Source: Chlorokybus atmophyticus
Lineage: Eukaryota; Plantae; Mesostigma and Chlorokybus algae
NCBI GenBank assembly: GCA_009103225.1
Contig: RHPI01000984.1
Location: forward strand, 1 to 64,000
Reading direction: 5' to 3'
Length of the DNA stretch: 64,000 nucleotides
In this document: piece by piece, positions 1 to 12,782 of the stretch
Position numbering within the stretch: position 1 is the first letter of the stretch
Layout of the letters: the number at the start of each line of letters is the position of its first letter
Made by a program: the position numbers and the translations under genes
The notes under the pieces: generated by a model
Told to the model about the DNA's origin: nothing
What the model saw: only the letters and a program-made list of their open reading frames with translations
Databases searched by the model: none

Positions 1-1105
1 AGCCAAAAACAAGGCCAAGAAAGCTGCGCGCACAGTGGTACGCACTCATCAACACACATGCACGCGCAACCACTTAAGTTGTTGCGCGGGCGTGTGCGCA
101 CGCACATGCGCGCGTGCGTGCACTCATTTAAACACATGTGCTTGTCCACCTAAGTACTCCACCTACTTAGGGGGCAAGTAAAAAAGCAACAGCTGTGGTG
201 CAAGCACTCAGGCGAATGCAGCTAAGCGTAGTGTGGTACGCACCTGTAAGCACGCATACACACGTACAAGCATGCACACATTAACGCACGCCGACATAGT
301 TGAGCACGTGCCGCGCGTGCACTTCTGTGATTAGCAGCATCGCACGCAGGCACTGACACCTTATCAAACCCTGCAGATGGTCAAGGCCGTCAGCAAGAGC
401 GCTAAAGGGAAGGCAAAGGCGGCTCGTCCATTGGTACGCACTCGTATGCCCACGCAACCACTTCTGTTACCACACGCACGTGTGCACACGCGGTCGGATC
501 TGGCAGTCAGAAGTGCACACACACTGTGTGTGGCATGCTTGCATGCACACACAAGCGGTTAAACTGTGCACGCAAGCGTGCGCACGCCAAAACTCACTCA
601 TAATGAAAAGGTGTGCACATGTGCATGCAAGCACGCACAACCACTTAAATTGGCACCTTAGCAGGCGTCAACCATTCGCAAGTCATCTGCCAAAGGCACC
701 CGAGCAACAAGATCTACCACAAGAGCTGAGGCGTCAAATTCCACTACCACTAGCGAGCTGGTTGCCGCTATGGCACAAGCAGTTAGCCAATCCAATGAGG
801 ATGACGCAACCCCGGCGGCAACGACAACTGTGACAGCAGCGGTACAAGTGGCGAAAGTAAAGGCTGGCAACCTCGCAAACCTTGTCCAGTGCATCAAATG
901 CCGTCATTGGGTTCACTGCGATTGCTGGAATCTCAAACCCATTCATGGTGAAGGTAAGTGTTGATAACTTCTGTTGTCGTACGCTATCCGTCCCATGTTG
1001 TACATAACATTACGTGCAACAGGTGCCGATTTCAATTGTCTGATAGTTGACACATGGGAGAAGCGTATCTTTGTATGTGGGAGAACCGAAGAATGCAACT
1101 TGAAG
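1..1105 (+). CDS. Partial spliced gene: K/A-rich mini-exons followed by a PHD-finger-like C-terminal half; starts upstream of the window and probably continues downstream
   Basis: Exon 665-953 (...LVQCIKCRHWVHCDCWNLKPIHGE) joins in frame through a GTAAGT donor (954) and CAG acceptor (1022) to GADFNCLIVDTWEK. This gives a CxxCxxWxHxxC...FxC pattern. The ATG at 377 follows a CTGCAG acceptor, and the donor G|GTACGC recurs near 37, 236 and 434. Confidence 0.45.
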
Positions 1106-3530
1106 GTGATGGTTGTTGTGGTCCTCCCACTTAGCTGTATCTGTACTACCACGCACATAACATGTGTTGGGGTGTAGCGCATTCTCCTCAGTAGGTTACG
1201 TAACTGTTTCAACACGATTAGAGTTTGCTATGCCGTGGCACAACCAAACTTGCTTGACACTCAGCTGACCATGAGTTTGCCGTTCAGAAAAACGAGGCAT
1301 GTTCAAGGCCGCTATTGGCTACGTGTCAAGTCGACAAGCACAGGAACGCAATGCAAGCGACGGTATGCTATACGCACGCGCGCATGCACGCACGCACGAG
1401 GAAGGTAGCAGTGACGGTGGTATTGCATTGTGCGCAGGGGCAGGAGGTGCTTGCGTCCACGAGTGCACAGGTTGCAGGCAGCGACCAGGCAAAGCAAGTG
1501 CGTCACTTTTGCATTAGGTCAAGGTGGTTGCATTGAATGCAGTGAATGATGTTCAAAGTGAGTACACTGCAGAACAAGCGGAAGAGAGAAAGGCACTGGA
1601 TTGCTAGACGCCGCGCTGATATTGAGAGGGGTGGATATGGTGTCGGTGTTAAGGTATGTGTATTGCAATGCAACAGGTATGCATACATTGAACAGCAAGG
1701 AGATTCCTGAAGCTTTGCCACACCCAGCTGCCAAAGACCAAGCGCAAGAAAGGTGAGGTGCTGCGTCGAGTGAAGGTGATTCGCGACCTTCAAGATGCCG
1801 CATTACGGTAGTAGGGCATGCACCTGCATTGCAGCTCCGGTTGCGCCATTTCCAAGCTCCCACTAAGGTTGCCTCGGCGCTGCCTCGCGCAAACCGCTTG
1901 CATTCCCCCAACACTTGTGCTACGCGCTCGCGCACTGGGGTATTGTCAGCAGATAGCACAAGGTGTCCTCCAACAGCAAGAAGCATATGGACAGGTAACT
2001 ACCACTTGATACATGCCCACCTGCTGTTTGATCTCCTTGCTTGGTAAGGTTGGCTGCCCTCTGCGACAAATAGTCGGTCTTGTGCCAGGGCAGAAACTGA
2101 AGACGACCTGCCTGAGTCGAGCCTGCAATGCTCGCAATTGTTCGTGCCAAGGACGTCAATCAGCTCCACCATGTCGTTGTCGACCAGTAGGTTGCAGGGA
2201 TGCACTGACTTTGTCTTTGAGCCGCGAGCTGCTCCGGCTTTTCCCTTGGTGGAGCAGCAGCAGATCCCTCCGGACATCGTGTGCAGCCTGTTTTTCACAT
2301 TAGCCACATGGAGTTACTCTCAACTGCAATACGGGTATCCCTTCAACCGGTTTCCGTCACCCTCCCGCCCACAAGTGTTGCGCCACAATATCTGTGGGCG
2401 GGAGGGAGCCCGAAAGCAACGGTTGCTTCCCTGCTCATGCCAGGCTGGGGCCTTGATGGCGAGGAGGTGCTGCTGGAACCAGAACTGTAGTCGAAGTCCA
2501 CTTGATCACAGCAGAAGTACACTCGCCTATACTCGTTGTTCGCAAGCAAGGTGGTGCGGGCGGCGAGTGGATGTCCTTGCCTAATTTCACGGGTTTTGCG
2601 GGGACTTGTTCACCAGACCTGTACAGGCCGATCCCATCCTTGATAATGCGAGGCTAGGTGGTCGCGCTTGGAGTGTTGCAGCAAGCTGCACTCTTTGACC
2701 ACCATGCTGTAGCGCTCTTGACACAGCCAACCCGAGCATGTCAAAGTCCTTGTGCAGTCTTATGCATGCTATACCAGTCTCAAGCGCCATATTTTGATAT
2801 ACATCGTATTGTTGCAATCGCCGCCGACCTGACACAACGCTCTCCATATCTTTAGCATAATGGTTGTAATAGTCACAGACAAAATGGCAACCGGCACAGA
2901 ATTGGCTATACTTACAGGCGCTATGACACAGAACATTAGTCATAGCCTATGACTGATTACGCAAGCGCCTATTACTCATGTCTGTTTTCGGAGGGCCTAT
3001 GCCTAACTGTACTTGCACTGCATACGCACGATGCCAGTGGGTGAGGGCCATCACGTTGTCGGAGTCGTTGAGCCCCACCTCCGCTTCGCGTGTTAGTCTT
3101 TGTAGCAGAGCGTATATGCGTAAGCACGTGCTTGCATTGTTGCCGTGGTCAGCGCATGTATGTGCAAGTTGGTTCCTGTGCCAGGTACAGCACATATGTC
3201 AGTCAGTCTGTAAGATGTGTTGATGTATCTGCATATGCGTGAACTTGTGTATCTGTGTATGCCAGTTAGAGCAGCTGTGAGGATCGTGCATGTGTGTTGC
3301 GCTCTTACCCTGATAACGTTAGAGGCAACCATACCCGGCAGCGCCAATATGCCTCACCCGCGTACATCTTTGGTGCACATAACAGTGAGACAACGGAAGA
3401 ATTGGACATTCGGCATTGGCGGGAATACTGGCAACGACGCCACAGCCGCTGTACTTGCTTCCGTTCTGCTCCTGCTAATGCTGCAAGTCCACTGGCGAAT
3501 CTGACGTTCAAGCACACTTGTTGTGTCCTC

Positions 3531-3863
3531 CTACTCCTCTTCCTCCTCCTGCTGCAGCAGAACAGCAACGACCGCAGGAGCCAACTTACTGATAGGATTC
3601 GACAGCGCCGCCAAGCCGGAGCACCCTGTTTGATCCTGCGTCTCCAGAGCAGCAAGCTCGCCAAAGGACTTTGGCAGCGCCGCCAAGCTGCCGCACCGGC
3701 TCAGGTCCAGCTTTTGCAGAGCAGCAAACTTGATCAAGGAACCTAGCAGCACCGCCAAACTGTCGCACTGGCTGAGGTCCAGCTCTTGCGGAACAGCGAG
3801 CTTGCCGGAGAACTCCGATAGCGCCACCAACCTGCAGGCCGTGCGTCTTTGCATGCATGCCAA
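3531..3863 (-). pseudogene. Remnant of an NLR-type LRR C-terminus (paralog of the 12783-16510 gene)
   Basis: The ORF reads LQKLDLSRCGSLAALPKSFGELAAL...LSNPISKLAPAVVAVLLQQEEEEE. It has the same 24-aa LRR consensus and the same VV...QQ..EEEE tail as the intact NLR, but no NB-ARC or TIR. Confidence 0.85.
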
Positions 3864-5359
3864 GCAACAACAGGGTGCTCACCCTTTCTACCTGTAGGTC
3901 AGGCAGAGGAGGCCTGTGTGACAACGGTGCTGTCAGACAGTGTGTGACAAAACAAGGGCAAAACATCACCACCAATCTTGGCGTCTCATCAACAGTGTCA
4001 CACAGCGACTGAAGGGGAATCCCCTAAGTATTACTCAGTACCACTCCGCCTCGTCTCTCCCACCATTTTGTGTTCAAGAGGACCCTTGCACAGATGTAGG
4101 CAGTAGCTGTTTAGTGAAAGAGGCAGTCTGTCACATAAGAGGCCGTGCACCGTCCCTCTCGCGCTCTGCTGTGCGTGCGCATGCGCATGTATGCGTGTGC
4201 TTGCTTGTGCACGCATGCAATCTTTGAGATAATCATCACCTTGATTGACTCCCTCTCTGTGCAAGCAAGTGCAGACTCTCACAACAGTGCCGCACGTGTG
4301 CTTGTATGCGTGCGAGAAACACTAACTGACATGTCTCCATACCTCCAACGCCAACGACGTACACCATTGTCAAGACGGTGGCACAACCCCGTTCGCATCA
4401 TCCCTGAGCCCCAGGGGAAGGAGCTCCACAAGTCAGTGTGACAACCGTCGCGTGGCCGCTATCTACACCAAGCTCAGCACCAACAGTACCAAGAGCTTCA
4501 CGCGGGGAGGCCCACATCACCACTGGCACAGTACAGCTACAACCCCGCTTCTACTACAACTTATATATAGCATACGTGACGCAATGTATGTGTATCCTGC
4601 CACCCAAGCCATGTACACGAAAGTGTACAGGTTATGTAGATAACACGCACATATACACGCACAGTGTGTACTGGATGCGCTGAGTAGAAGAGACTCCCAT
4701 AGAGTACAAACGGCGCGAGTTTTTGGAGGTAGTGGGTACAGGGAGCAAGGTATCCAGTCTAGGTCAACCAGTGATGAAGTTTATCGCAAGCAATGGGCGC
4801 CTAGAGGAAGTATGGAGTTGCAATTGTATCATTGAGAGTCGCATTGAATTCACTGTCTGCCATGCCGTGCGCATGCAGGCAGGTGCGCTCGTGTGTGTGA
4901 GAGCGCGCATAAGTGTGCGGGTACAAGGGCTGTGGTTTACCAAGTGTGTGTGCGGTTGTATACAAGAGAGGCAGCGACAGACCATGGTGCGCATGCACGA
5001 GAAAGCACGAAAGAGTGGGAAGGGGGAAAAGAAAAAGCGAAAAGGGGAAGAGAGAGAGATGGGAGGACGGCAGGTTGACGTCTGCTACTCATGAAGCAAC
5101 AGCAGTAGTTGTTGCTACACACATGACAGCCATAAGCGTACCTCCTCCTTTACCTCCTGCCGCCGCCGCCGCCGCCGCCGCCAGCCTCCCTGCCGGCCGG
5201 TGATGATAAAGATGCTATGGCGCTCACCATTATCAGCTTGTCCTTGTGCGGGGGCGGGGGCAGCCTCGTCGTCATTGCCGTGGATGAAGTGGGCGTAATG
5301 CTTGCCTCCTGGCGGCTGGCTGCCTCCACCCCGGGCTACCGCAGCACAGGCTGGCCCCC

Positions 5360-5571
5360 NNNNNNNNNNNNNNNNNNNNNNNNNNNNNNNNNNNNNNNNN
5401 NNNNNNNNNNNNNNNNNNNNNNNNNNNNNNNNNNNNNNNNNNNNNNNNNNNNNNNNNNNNNNNNNNNNNNNNNNNNNNNNNNNNNNNNNNNNNNNNNNNN
5501 NNNNNNNNNNNNNNNNNNNNNNNNNNNNNNNNNNNNNNNNNNNNNNNNNNNNNNNNNNNNNNNNNNNNNNN
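5360..5571. other. Assembly gap (212 N)
   Basis: Run of N. Confidence 0.99.
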
Positions 5572-8500
5572 CCGTTTGACACTGGATTTCAACCCCCCCC
5601 CTTTCGCCGCCTTCTCCTGCTACTGGTTTGCTCTTGTTCCCACACTTGCACGCAATCAGCTGTCCTGCACTCTTAGGACTTATCCTTAGGACAATTGCCT
5701 CTTTGAAAGTGGCATTGTGAGGGGACATGCATGTCGAGTTGCAAGAGATTGTTGGCGACTTTGCTTGCGGGGTGTGTATTACAGAGAATGCGTGACTGCG
5801 TGCAAGTGTGTGTGAATGTTGGCCAGCGAAGTGAGGATGTACACACGTCTGTGAGTGTGTGATTGGAGAAGTTGCGCATATAGCTGTCTGTGCGGATGCT
5901 GACTGGTAGCGTGTAGCGCTGAGAGTTTCAAGTTATTGGTTGTCTATGTATGTTGAAGGGTGCAGCGTTTTTTAACACATGCATCTACTTGTATGTCGAG
6001 GGGGTGACCTGCTGTTGTCCTGTTGCCAACTGCCATTTACCAAGCTCTACCACGATCAATGCTGTGCAGCTGATGTTATTCAAGTGTGCATGTACGATAT
6101 CGCAGCATTGTACAAAACCTTTACTCTCTCCCATGGATGCAGCATGCCAGTAAGCCTCCCAACCATTGCAATAATGACAGGGCAGCGCTGGGCAGAGGTG
6201 CAGCTATAATGAAACAATTTGATCTCAGCATCTAGCATGGCGAACTCCATTAGCATTCTCGCTGCTGTAACAGGTACGATCCGGTAACTTTTGCTGGTTA
6301 CTCTGGTTTGCCGGCGTGACAGCGAGCTGCAGTTGATGTGGCAGTTGCACACGCAATACACGGGCGAGTTGATTTAGGCCATGTTAACCATTGCTCAGTA
6401 AAGCTGCAATCACCCTGATAATGATATGTCGAATTGAATTCCAGGTTGGCAGAATGAGAGCCCCGGAACAACAACCTGCAAAGGATGAATCCAACATGAA
6501 GATGCCCTGCTTCTGCTCGCAGGGTTTTAGGACTGCGTGTTCATGGCTGTGTGGATCGTTTCGTACTGGGTTCCTGTCTTCACGGAGACGCACATGGCTA
6601 GAGCATGGCAACAATTACTCGTCAAAATGGTGAACCCTTTGATGTTGCTAGCTGGTACGCGCGCTTGGTTCCATGCGAATACGAAACCCTAAGCATCACC
6701 TCCGCGACAATGCAGCAGACAGTTGTTATCAGCCAAGATGGTACTACCTCCTGCAACAGTTGTACTGCCTCCTACAAGTGAACAATGGCAAACAAGGCGA
6801 CAAGGCGCAGAGCTTGCTTAATGAAGCTTGGAATGAGCTTCAGGATGCTTGTGCACATGCACATGGGTGCCAAGAAACCACGCCATGATATATAGTATGC
6901 GAGTGCAGAGTATAGTGCTGTCAGATGACGAGACACACATCGTTTCAGTAGCCGCTCGTATGCCTCCAATACTTCACTGCAAAGGGCATGGGACAACCTG
7001 GTTCACCCTTCGTGGGGTGCAAATTAAGGAAAGTATATCTGTGACTGGTACACGCACAGGCCTAAGTTTTCAGCCAGCGCTACACATGTGAAGTCAGACT
7101 GTTTCATGAAGGCAGGCTGCGGGAAAAGAGACCTGTTTCTCAGGAGCATTACAAACGCTGCCAATGTGCGATGTGTGCTGAGCGCTGTTCTTGAAGCACT
7201 GGTCGTAGTACACCTCGTTCACCATGAACTCCTTACCCGCAAGCACTGTGAACTCGCAGTGCTGCATGAACGCAGTTGTGGATGCCGGTAACCGGGCGGC
7301 CTCATCTCAAGGTGACATCTGTGCAAGGTGATGCAGGGGTGTCGTTCTGCCTGATCTCGTGGGTGAGCGGGGCCTTGTTGCGTAGCAGGCCAGAGCTGTC
7401 AAGGCAGACCCCATCGGGTACTGATGCGTGGCTAGTTGTACTTGGGATGTCTCAGTAGGACGATATATTGAAGGCGACTTCGTTGTAGCGCCCTTGATAC
7501 AGCGTGCTCGTCGCGCGTGCAGGCAGCGAAAGGCTTTCCCAGGCCCCCCTTCTTGAGCAGGTCCGATGCGGCAAGGCACCAGCTTCGCGCATTGTATCAC
7601 GTGGGTGTGCAACCTTTGGGGGCTAGTGCTGATCAGGCGGGTTGGATGTTAGGAGGCCCATACAGAGGGAACGCGTTGACAATCCCAACACTCTTCCCTG
7701 TAGTTACAGAGCATCCGTTTGAGCATGGACGTGTTGAATGGCATGTTGTGGCAGTACGACATAAATGAACCGTGCCATGCCCCCTCCCTCTTTAGCTGTT
7801 AGCAGCGCAGGCAGGTACTTGTTTGCAACCTGTATGGGCGGTTCTCAATCGATATGTTGTGGGTCTTGATGTAAGAAGTGTATGGTATGCGCATGCCCGC
7901 ACACGCATCCATGTGCACAAACACACACATGCGTGCACGCATAGGCATGCTTTGGTATGTACGTGTGTATATACAAAGCGTAGACATATGAAAGTCTACG
8001 CGCGCACGTGTGTGCGTGTGCAAGCATGCCACACAAGCATGTGTTGCATGTGCTGATTGAATCATCGCCACACACACAACATATGCACGCACACACGCAT
8101 GCACGTTGATGTAATTCATGTATGAGCTGCTTCTGATGTGTATGGGCAACACAGCAACTGCAACAGCCATGAGTTGCACTATTGTTGCGGCAGTATCGTC
8201 TAACTCAGTTGTTACAAGGATAACTACACATCCCGTGGTCACTCATGATCCGAGGGTGATCACCACGAGGTGTGCATGCATAGATGGATGGATCTGACGG
8301 TGAGAAGTGCTGTTGTCAGATTCCAACAACCACCAAGTGAAACACCTCCTGATTCGGACCACACTGCTTGCTTATTACAAGATAGGGAACATACTGGTTC
8401 CCGTCCCCCTGTCAATCATGCACTCCATATCCTCACATGTAACTGGCCTTCAAACATGCAATCATCTGTGTGTGCCACACATAATTCTTCTTGCATGCCC

Positions 8501-8829
8501 CTTACTCCGAGTAGGGATACAAGGTCTTTAAATGCTACAGACCTTGCATCCCCCTACTTACTAAAGCTGCCGTAGCTCATGCCCAGTGCCTTTTCATGCA
8601 TCAGCATATCATAGGGCAGCTGTATGTGCGCGAGTCACTCATTACATGCCAATGAGTATGTGTGGAAGCATGCTTGTGCATTGGGGTCAGCGTGTGCATG
8701 TTGGTTTCTGTGCCAGTGTGACCAGCTAGTTGGTCTATAAGTATCCGAGTACCGTGTCTGTAAGTCACCCGCAGCTGTGCAAATCGCATGCGTATGTGCA
8801 CATACTTGGCTGCTATAACCCGGTCAGGT

Positions 8830-9720
8830 TGGAGGCAATCATCCTGCAGTGCCGGCAAGTTGCCGCACACGCCTATGTCCACAGTAAACATAACTTGGAG
8901 ACAACGGATGCATTCAGGCAATGCCACCAAGCTGCTATATTTACTCCCATCCTGCTGCAGAGCCATGAGTCCACTGGACTCAGTGGCACTTGCTTATCTG
9001 TTCAGATAAGCAAGTTGCCACTGGAGAAATGCCGCTTTAGCCTCCTTGCTCCTCTCCTCTTGCAGCTGATTCAGCGCAGCAACAACAATAGGTAACAGCC
9101 TATTGACAGATTCCAGCAGCGCCGCCAAGCGGGAGCACCCGGTCAGGTTCCATTTTTGCAGAGCAGCGAGGTTGCCGAAAGACTCCGGCAGCGACACCAA
9201 GCTTATGCACTCTCTCAGGTCCAACCATTGCAGAGCAGCAAGGTTGCCGAAAGATTCCGGCAGCGACATTAAGCTTATGCACTCTCTCAGGTCCAACCAT
9301 TGCAGAGCAGCGAGGTTGCCAAAGGACTCCGGCAGCGACACCAAGCTGTCACACTGAAATGGGTTCATCCCTTGCAGAGCAGCGAGGTTGCCAAAGAGTT
9401 CCGGCAGCGACGCCAAGCAGCAGCAAGAGCCTAGGTCCAATGATTGCAAGGCATGGAGCTTGCTTAAGGAATCTGGCAATGCCTCCAATAAGCGGTCATC
9501 GAGGTTTAGCGTTTGCAAAGCCGTAAGATCTTTGAAAGAAGGGGAGCGTGCTAACAACCATGTAATTGAGGACTAGAGTCTGTAGCATAGTAAGCCCGCC
9601 AACCGCTTGAGGCAGCTCTTTAAACTCGTAACAGCCGCGCAGCTCCAAAAGTTGCAGGGCCTTAATATTGCTAAAAGACTAAGTCAGCAGCACTCAGACA
9701 TCAACATCGTAGGTGGTTTG
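8830..9720 (-). pseudogene. Decayed LRR region of another NLR paralog
   Basis: ORF 8994-9557 has about 6 repeats of LPESFGNLAALQWLDLRECISL and ends LLESVNRLLPIVVAALNQLQEE. Further degenerate LRR pieces lie at about 8830-8990 (YSSLVALPECIR) and about 9560-9720. Confidence 0.85.
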
Positions 9721-9933
9721 TTCCTAATCTGCACGACCAATTGTGTGCACGTCGCAACATTCTGCGATAACTTGCTCAAAGCCAAACAACGCGGACTCTG
9801 CCACTTCAGATACACCAGCTTTTCAGGGATCCCGTTAAGAAATTACAAGGATTACAGGCATTACAGGGATCAAGTTATAAGTTGAATCAAGGAGAGCCGA
9901 CAACCGTCTGCACGAGGAGCAGGAGAAGGCGAC

Positions 9934-10730
9934 ATGGCTACCAGTGTCGATAAGATGCTGGTGGAGATGCTAGACAGCGACAACTACAACACCTGAAGTG
10001 TACGAATGAAGATGGCGCTGATTACCAAGCAGCTCTGGGAATGTGTGAATCTTGATGGAACGAAGGCACGGGCAGATGAAGAGTGGAGTGTTCGCAGATG
10101 TTTGTGGGTGCGGTCTGGGGTTGAAGGAGACCGTATGAGCTGTTAAGAGAAGAAGGCTGCAAGGAGCCTGCACAAGCTGCCTGCGTGGGAGTGTTGCCAT
10201 CAAAAGGATCTAGGCTAGTGTAGACCTGTTTAGGATGGTCTAGGAGTTTATACAAAACTATTCAGTTAGGTTGTTGCAGGATTGTTGCACACTATTGGGA
10301 ACTGCATAGTGCTAGTTAAAGGCGGACTTCAGACTAGGCACATGAGTTGGCAATTGGTTAAGTTTGGACTTGACGGTGAAGCTGACATTTGTCAGTCTAG
10401 GCGGCTAGACTGACAAGTCTGACAGTCTGGGCGGCTGGTCTAGCGGGTCTTACAATCAGAATGGCTAGTCTGACAGTTAGAGTTGACAGTTAGATGAGGT
10501 TGGTTTGGCGATTGTGAAAAGTTGGGCAGCGGTTTAAGTAGTTAGACGCTGAAGATAGCTGCTAGGCCGCCACTTGGCGGCTGTAGAGTTGATTGGGCTA
10601 GGTATAAAGGCCTGCTTGTGATAATGCAAGTGTTCCATGTGTTGGACTGCTTTGTCCTGCTGCCTCACACACATGCTTGTTTTTGTATGATCTCTCTTGC
10701 TGCACCAGCTCTACTAGCCGGATTACAACA
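9934..10730 (+). mobile_element. Internally deleted Ty1/Copia remnant: gag N-terminus plus a probable 3' LTR (10192-10730)
   Basis: 9934 onward reads MATSVDKMLVEMLDSDNYNT*SVRMKMALITKQLWECV, resembling the Copia gag DUF4219 pattern LxxDNYxxWxxRMK with W mutated to a stop. A purine-rich GTGGGAG precedes TGTTG at 10192, the segment ends CAACA at 10730, and TATAAA lies at about 10603. Confidence 0.55.
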
Positions 10731-12782
10731 GCGTTAACGCGTAACCGTGTGTACTCGCTCTATATCTCAACGCCGTTGACGCAGACGTGTGCATTCAGTT
10801 GGATTGTTGTTTGCTTGCGCATCTATGTTATCCATTACCTGCACACAGATTGCACACAGATTACAATGCTTGAATTGTCAAGACCCCGTGTGTATTGAAG
10901 TCTGCCTGCTTGCTCTTAACCATCCGTTTGACTTGCTTGCAGCACAGCATGCATCATGCATACGCCGTGCAGCACAGATGATATGTGTGTTGCACACGTG
11001 ATTATGGCTTATACTCTGTGCAATTACGTCAAACGGCGGCCACACATGCTACAATGTGCCTCACAGCGGTGAATGCATGGACCTATCGATTGGTCCTTGC
11101 GACGCACTATGAGTGACAATGTAATTCATACCACGTAACCAGTTACGGTTATGAGAGGAGATGACAAATGCTGATACCTTTCATCAACAGTGATTGATAC
11201 ATGCGTCTTTAAGCATAATTTGACGAATACACATAATCGCTAATATGAGATATTTAAACAATTGCAAACTTAAGTTTGGAGATGTTGAGGCATTGCAAAC
11301 GCCATCCCAAGTTTTGCAAGCTTGTAAAATCAAGAGCACGTACTATTATATAGCCGAAGTTGTGTCTCGAACAGGTATAAAATTGCCTCATATGACTTCG
11401 GACGCAACATGAGGCTGGCATCCATGCTTGCGGTGAATGTAATTGAAATTCATGTGAGCCCAGTTGGAGAGCTCGCAAACAGGCAGCAACCTCTATTCCT
11501 TTGACATACCAACGTTGAGCTGTCAGCGCAGCTACCATGCCTATCATGCACACAACACACATCCACATCCTACTCTTCGCAACTGGTGCCTGTACAGCCA
11601 TGTGAGTCAGACTCATGTAAGCCAGATTTCACGGCGCATGAGATACATGCCGCGTTTACATATGTGGCCTTTGCTGCTCTATACACATGGTTTGTGTTCA
11701 ACTCCGTTTGACACTGGATTTCAAGGTCACGCGGCTCGTAGTCACGGTACATGTACCTGGCTCTGCGTAAGCTTGGAGGAGGCGCCGCGGGCGGCCTGGA
11801 CATGGACCAGAGCAGCAGCAGTGGCAAGGTAGGCGGGGAGAGAGAGTGGAGGTGTCGGGGCTGAGGCGCGACGCCGCCTTGCACAAACAGGGAGGGAGAG
11901 GGGCGGACAAGCGCGTTGGAAGGAAGCAGCTGAAGGTGCATTGCCGTGCCGCCGTCCGTCTTTGCTCGGCCGCTGGTTGGGCGGCGAGCACAGTCGCCAT
12001 AGCAGCACGCCAGCTGGCTAGTCACAGGCAGGTCAGCTATGCAATGCGTTACCGACATGCATGCCGCTGGCGGTGGTTGGTTAGCAGTGCCATGGCAGGA
12101 CATTTATTGAGTATCATGTTCTGTGAAATCGCATGCGCAAGCAAAAGAGCAATCGACTGCATGTCAACTGTTCAGCCGAGTGTCGAGCTTGGCCGCAGCC
12201 TCGTTGCAGCGCCCGCTGAGCTTGCGTGTAAAGAGAGTCGAACTCACCTGTAGCCTTGTGTGCTGCGCTATGTTTTGTCCTTGCGCTTGCTTGGCATGGT
12301 CAAGCTTGCAGAACGGGACTTCTTTAGCTAGCTAACTTTATGCCTTAAAACGAGCAGCAGCTTCGCATTGTTGGTGTGCAATTAGTGCACTTCACTGTCT
12401 TTGTTTCCGCTGACAGGCACTCTACAATTCTACTTGAACATCAACGGCACATGCGTGGTTGCATGTCACTGTGCACCACAGGCGTTGCAAGCTCCCAACA
12501 TTGTGTCTCGCTTCAGGCCAGCAAGGGGGAGCCGGCTTTAAGGTTGCAATGGACATGTTGGCCCCCAACGCAAACCTCAACGGTAAGCTCGGGACCAACA
12601 CAAACAGTACCATTCCAAACGTGCTTGACATGTTGATGTGCGTCGGGGTTTGCAACTCATGTTAATCCTGCGCAATTCGCAACTTCCTTACTTACCAGCT
12701 GAATACAAGACGGCATTTCCCCCCAAGCAGTAATGCTCCATGAGCCCTCTGACCAGTCAACTTGCGTGCAGACGGAGACAAT

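Noticed and set aside
2587-2943. Possible Vsr/DUF559-like nuclease motif (DVYQNMALETGIACIRLH)
   Set aside because: The resemblance is short, no upstream catalytic motifs are visible, and the surrounding frames are degenerate.
5600-7790. Degenerate coding-like region, first suspected to be Copia pol or a piggyBac C-terminus
   Set aside because: No diagnostic motifs were recovered in any frame.
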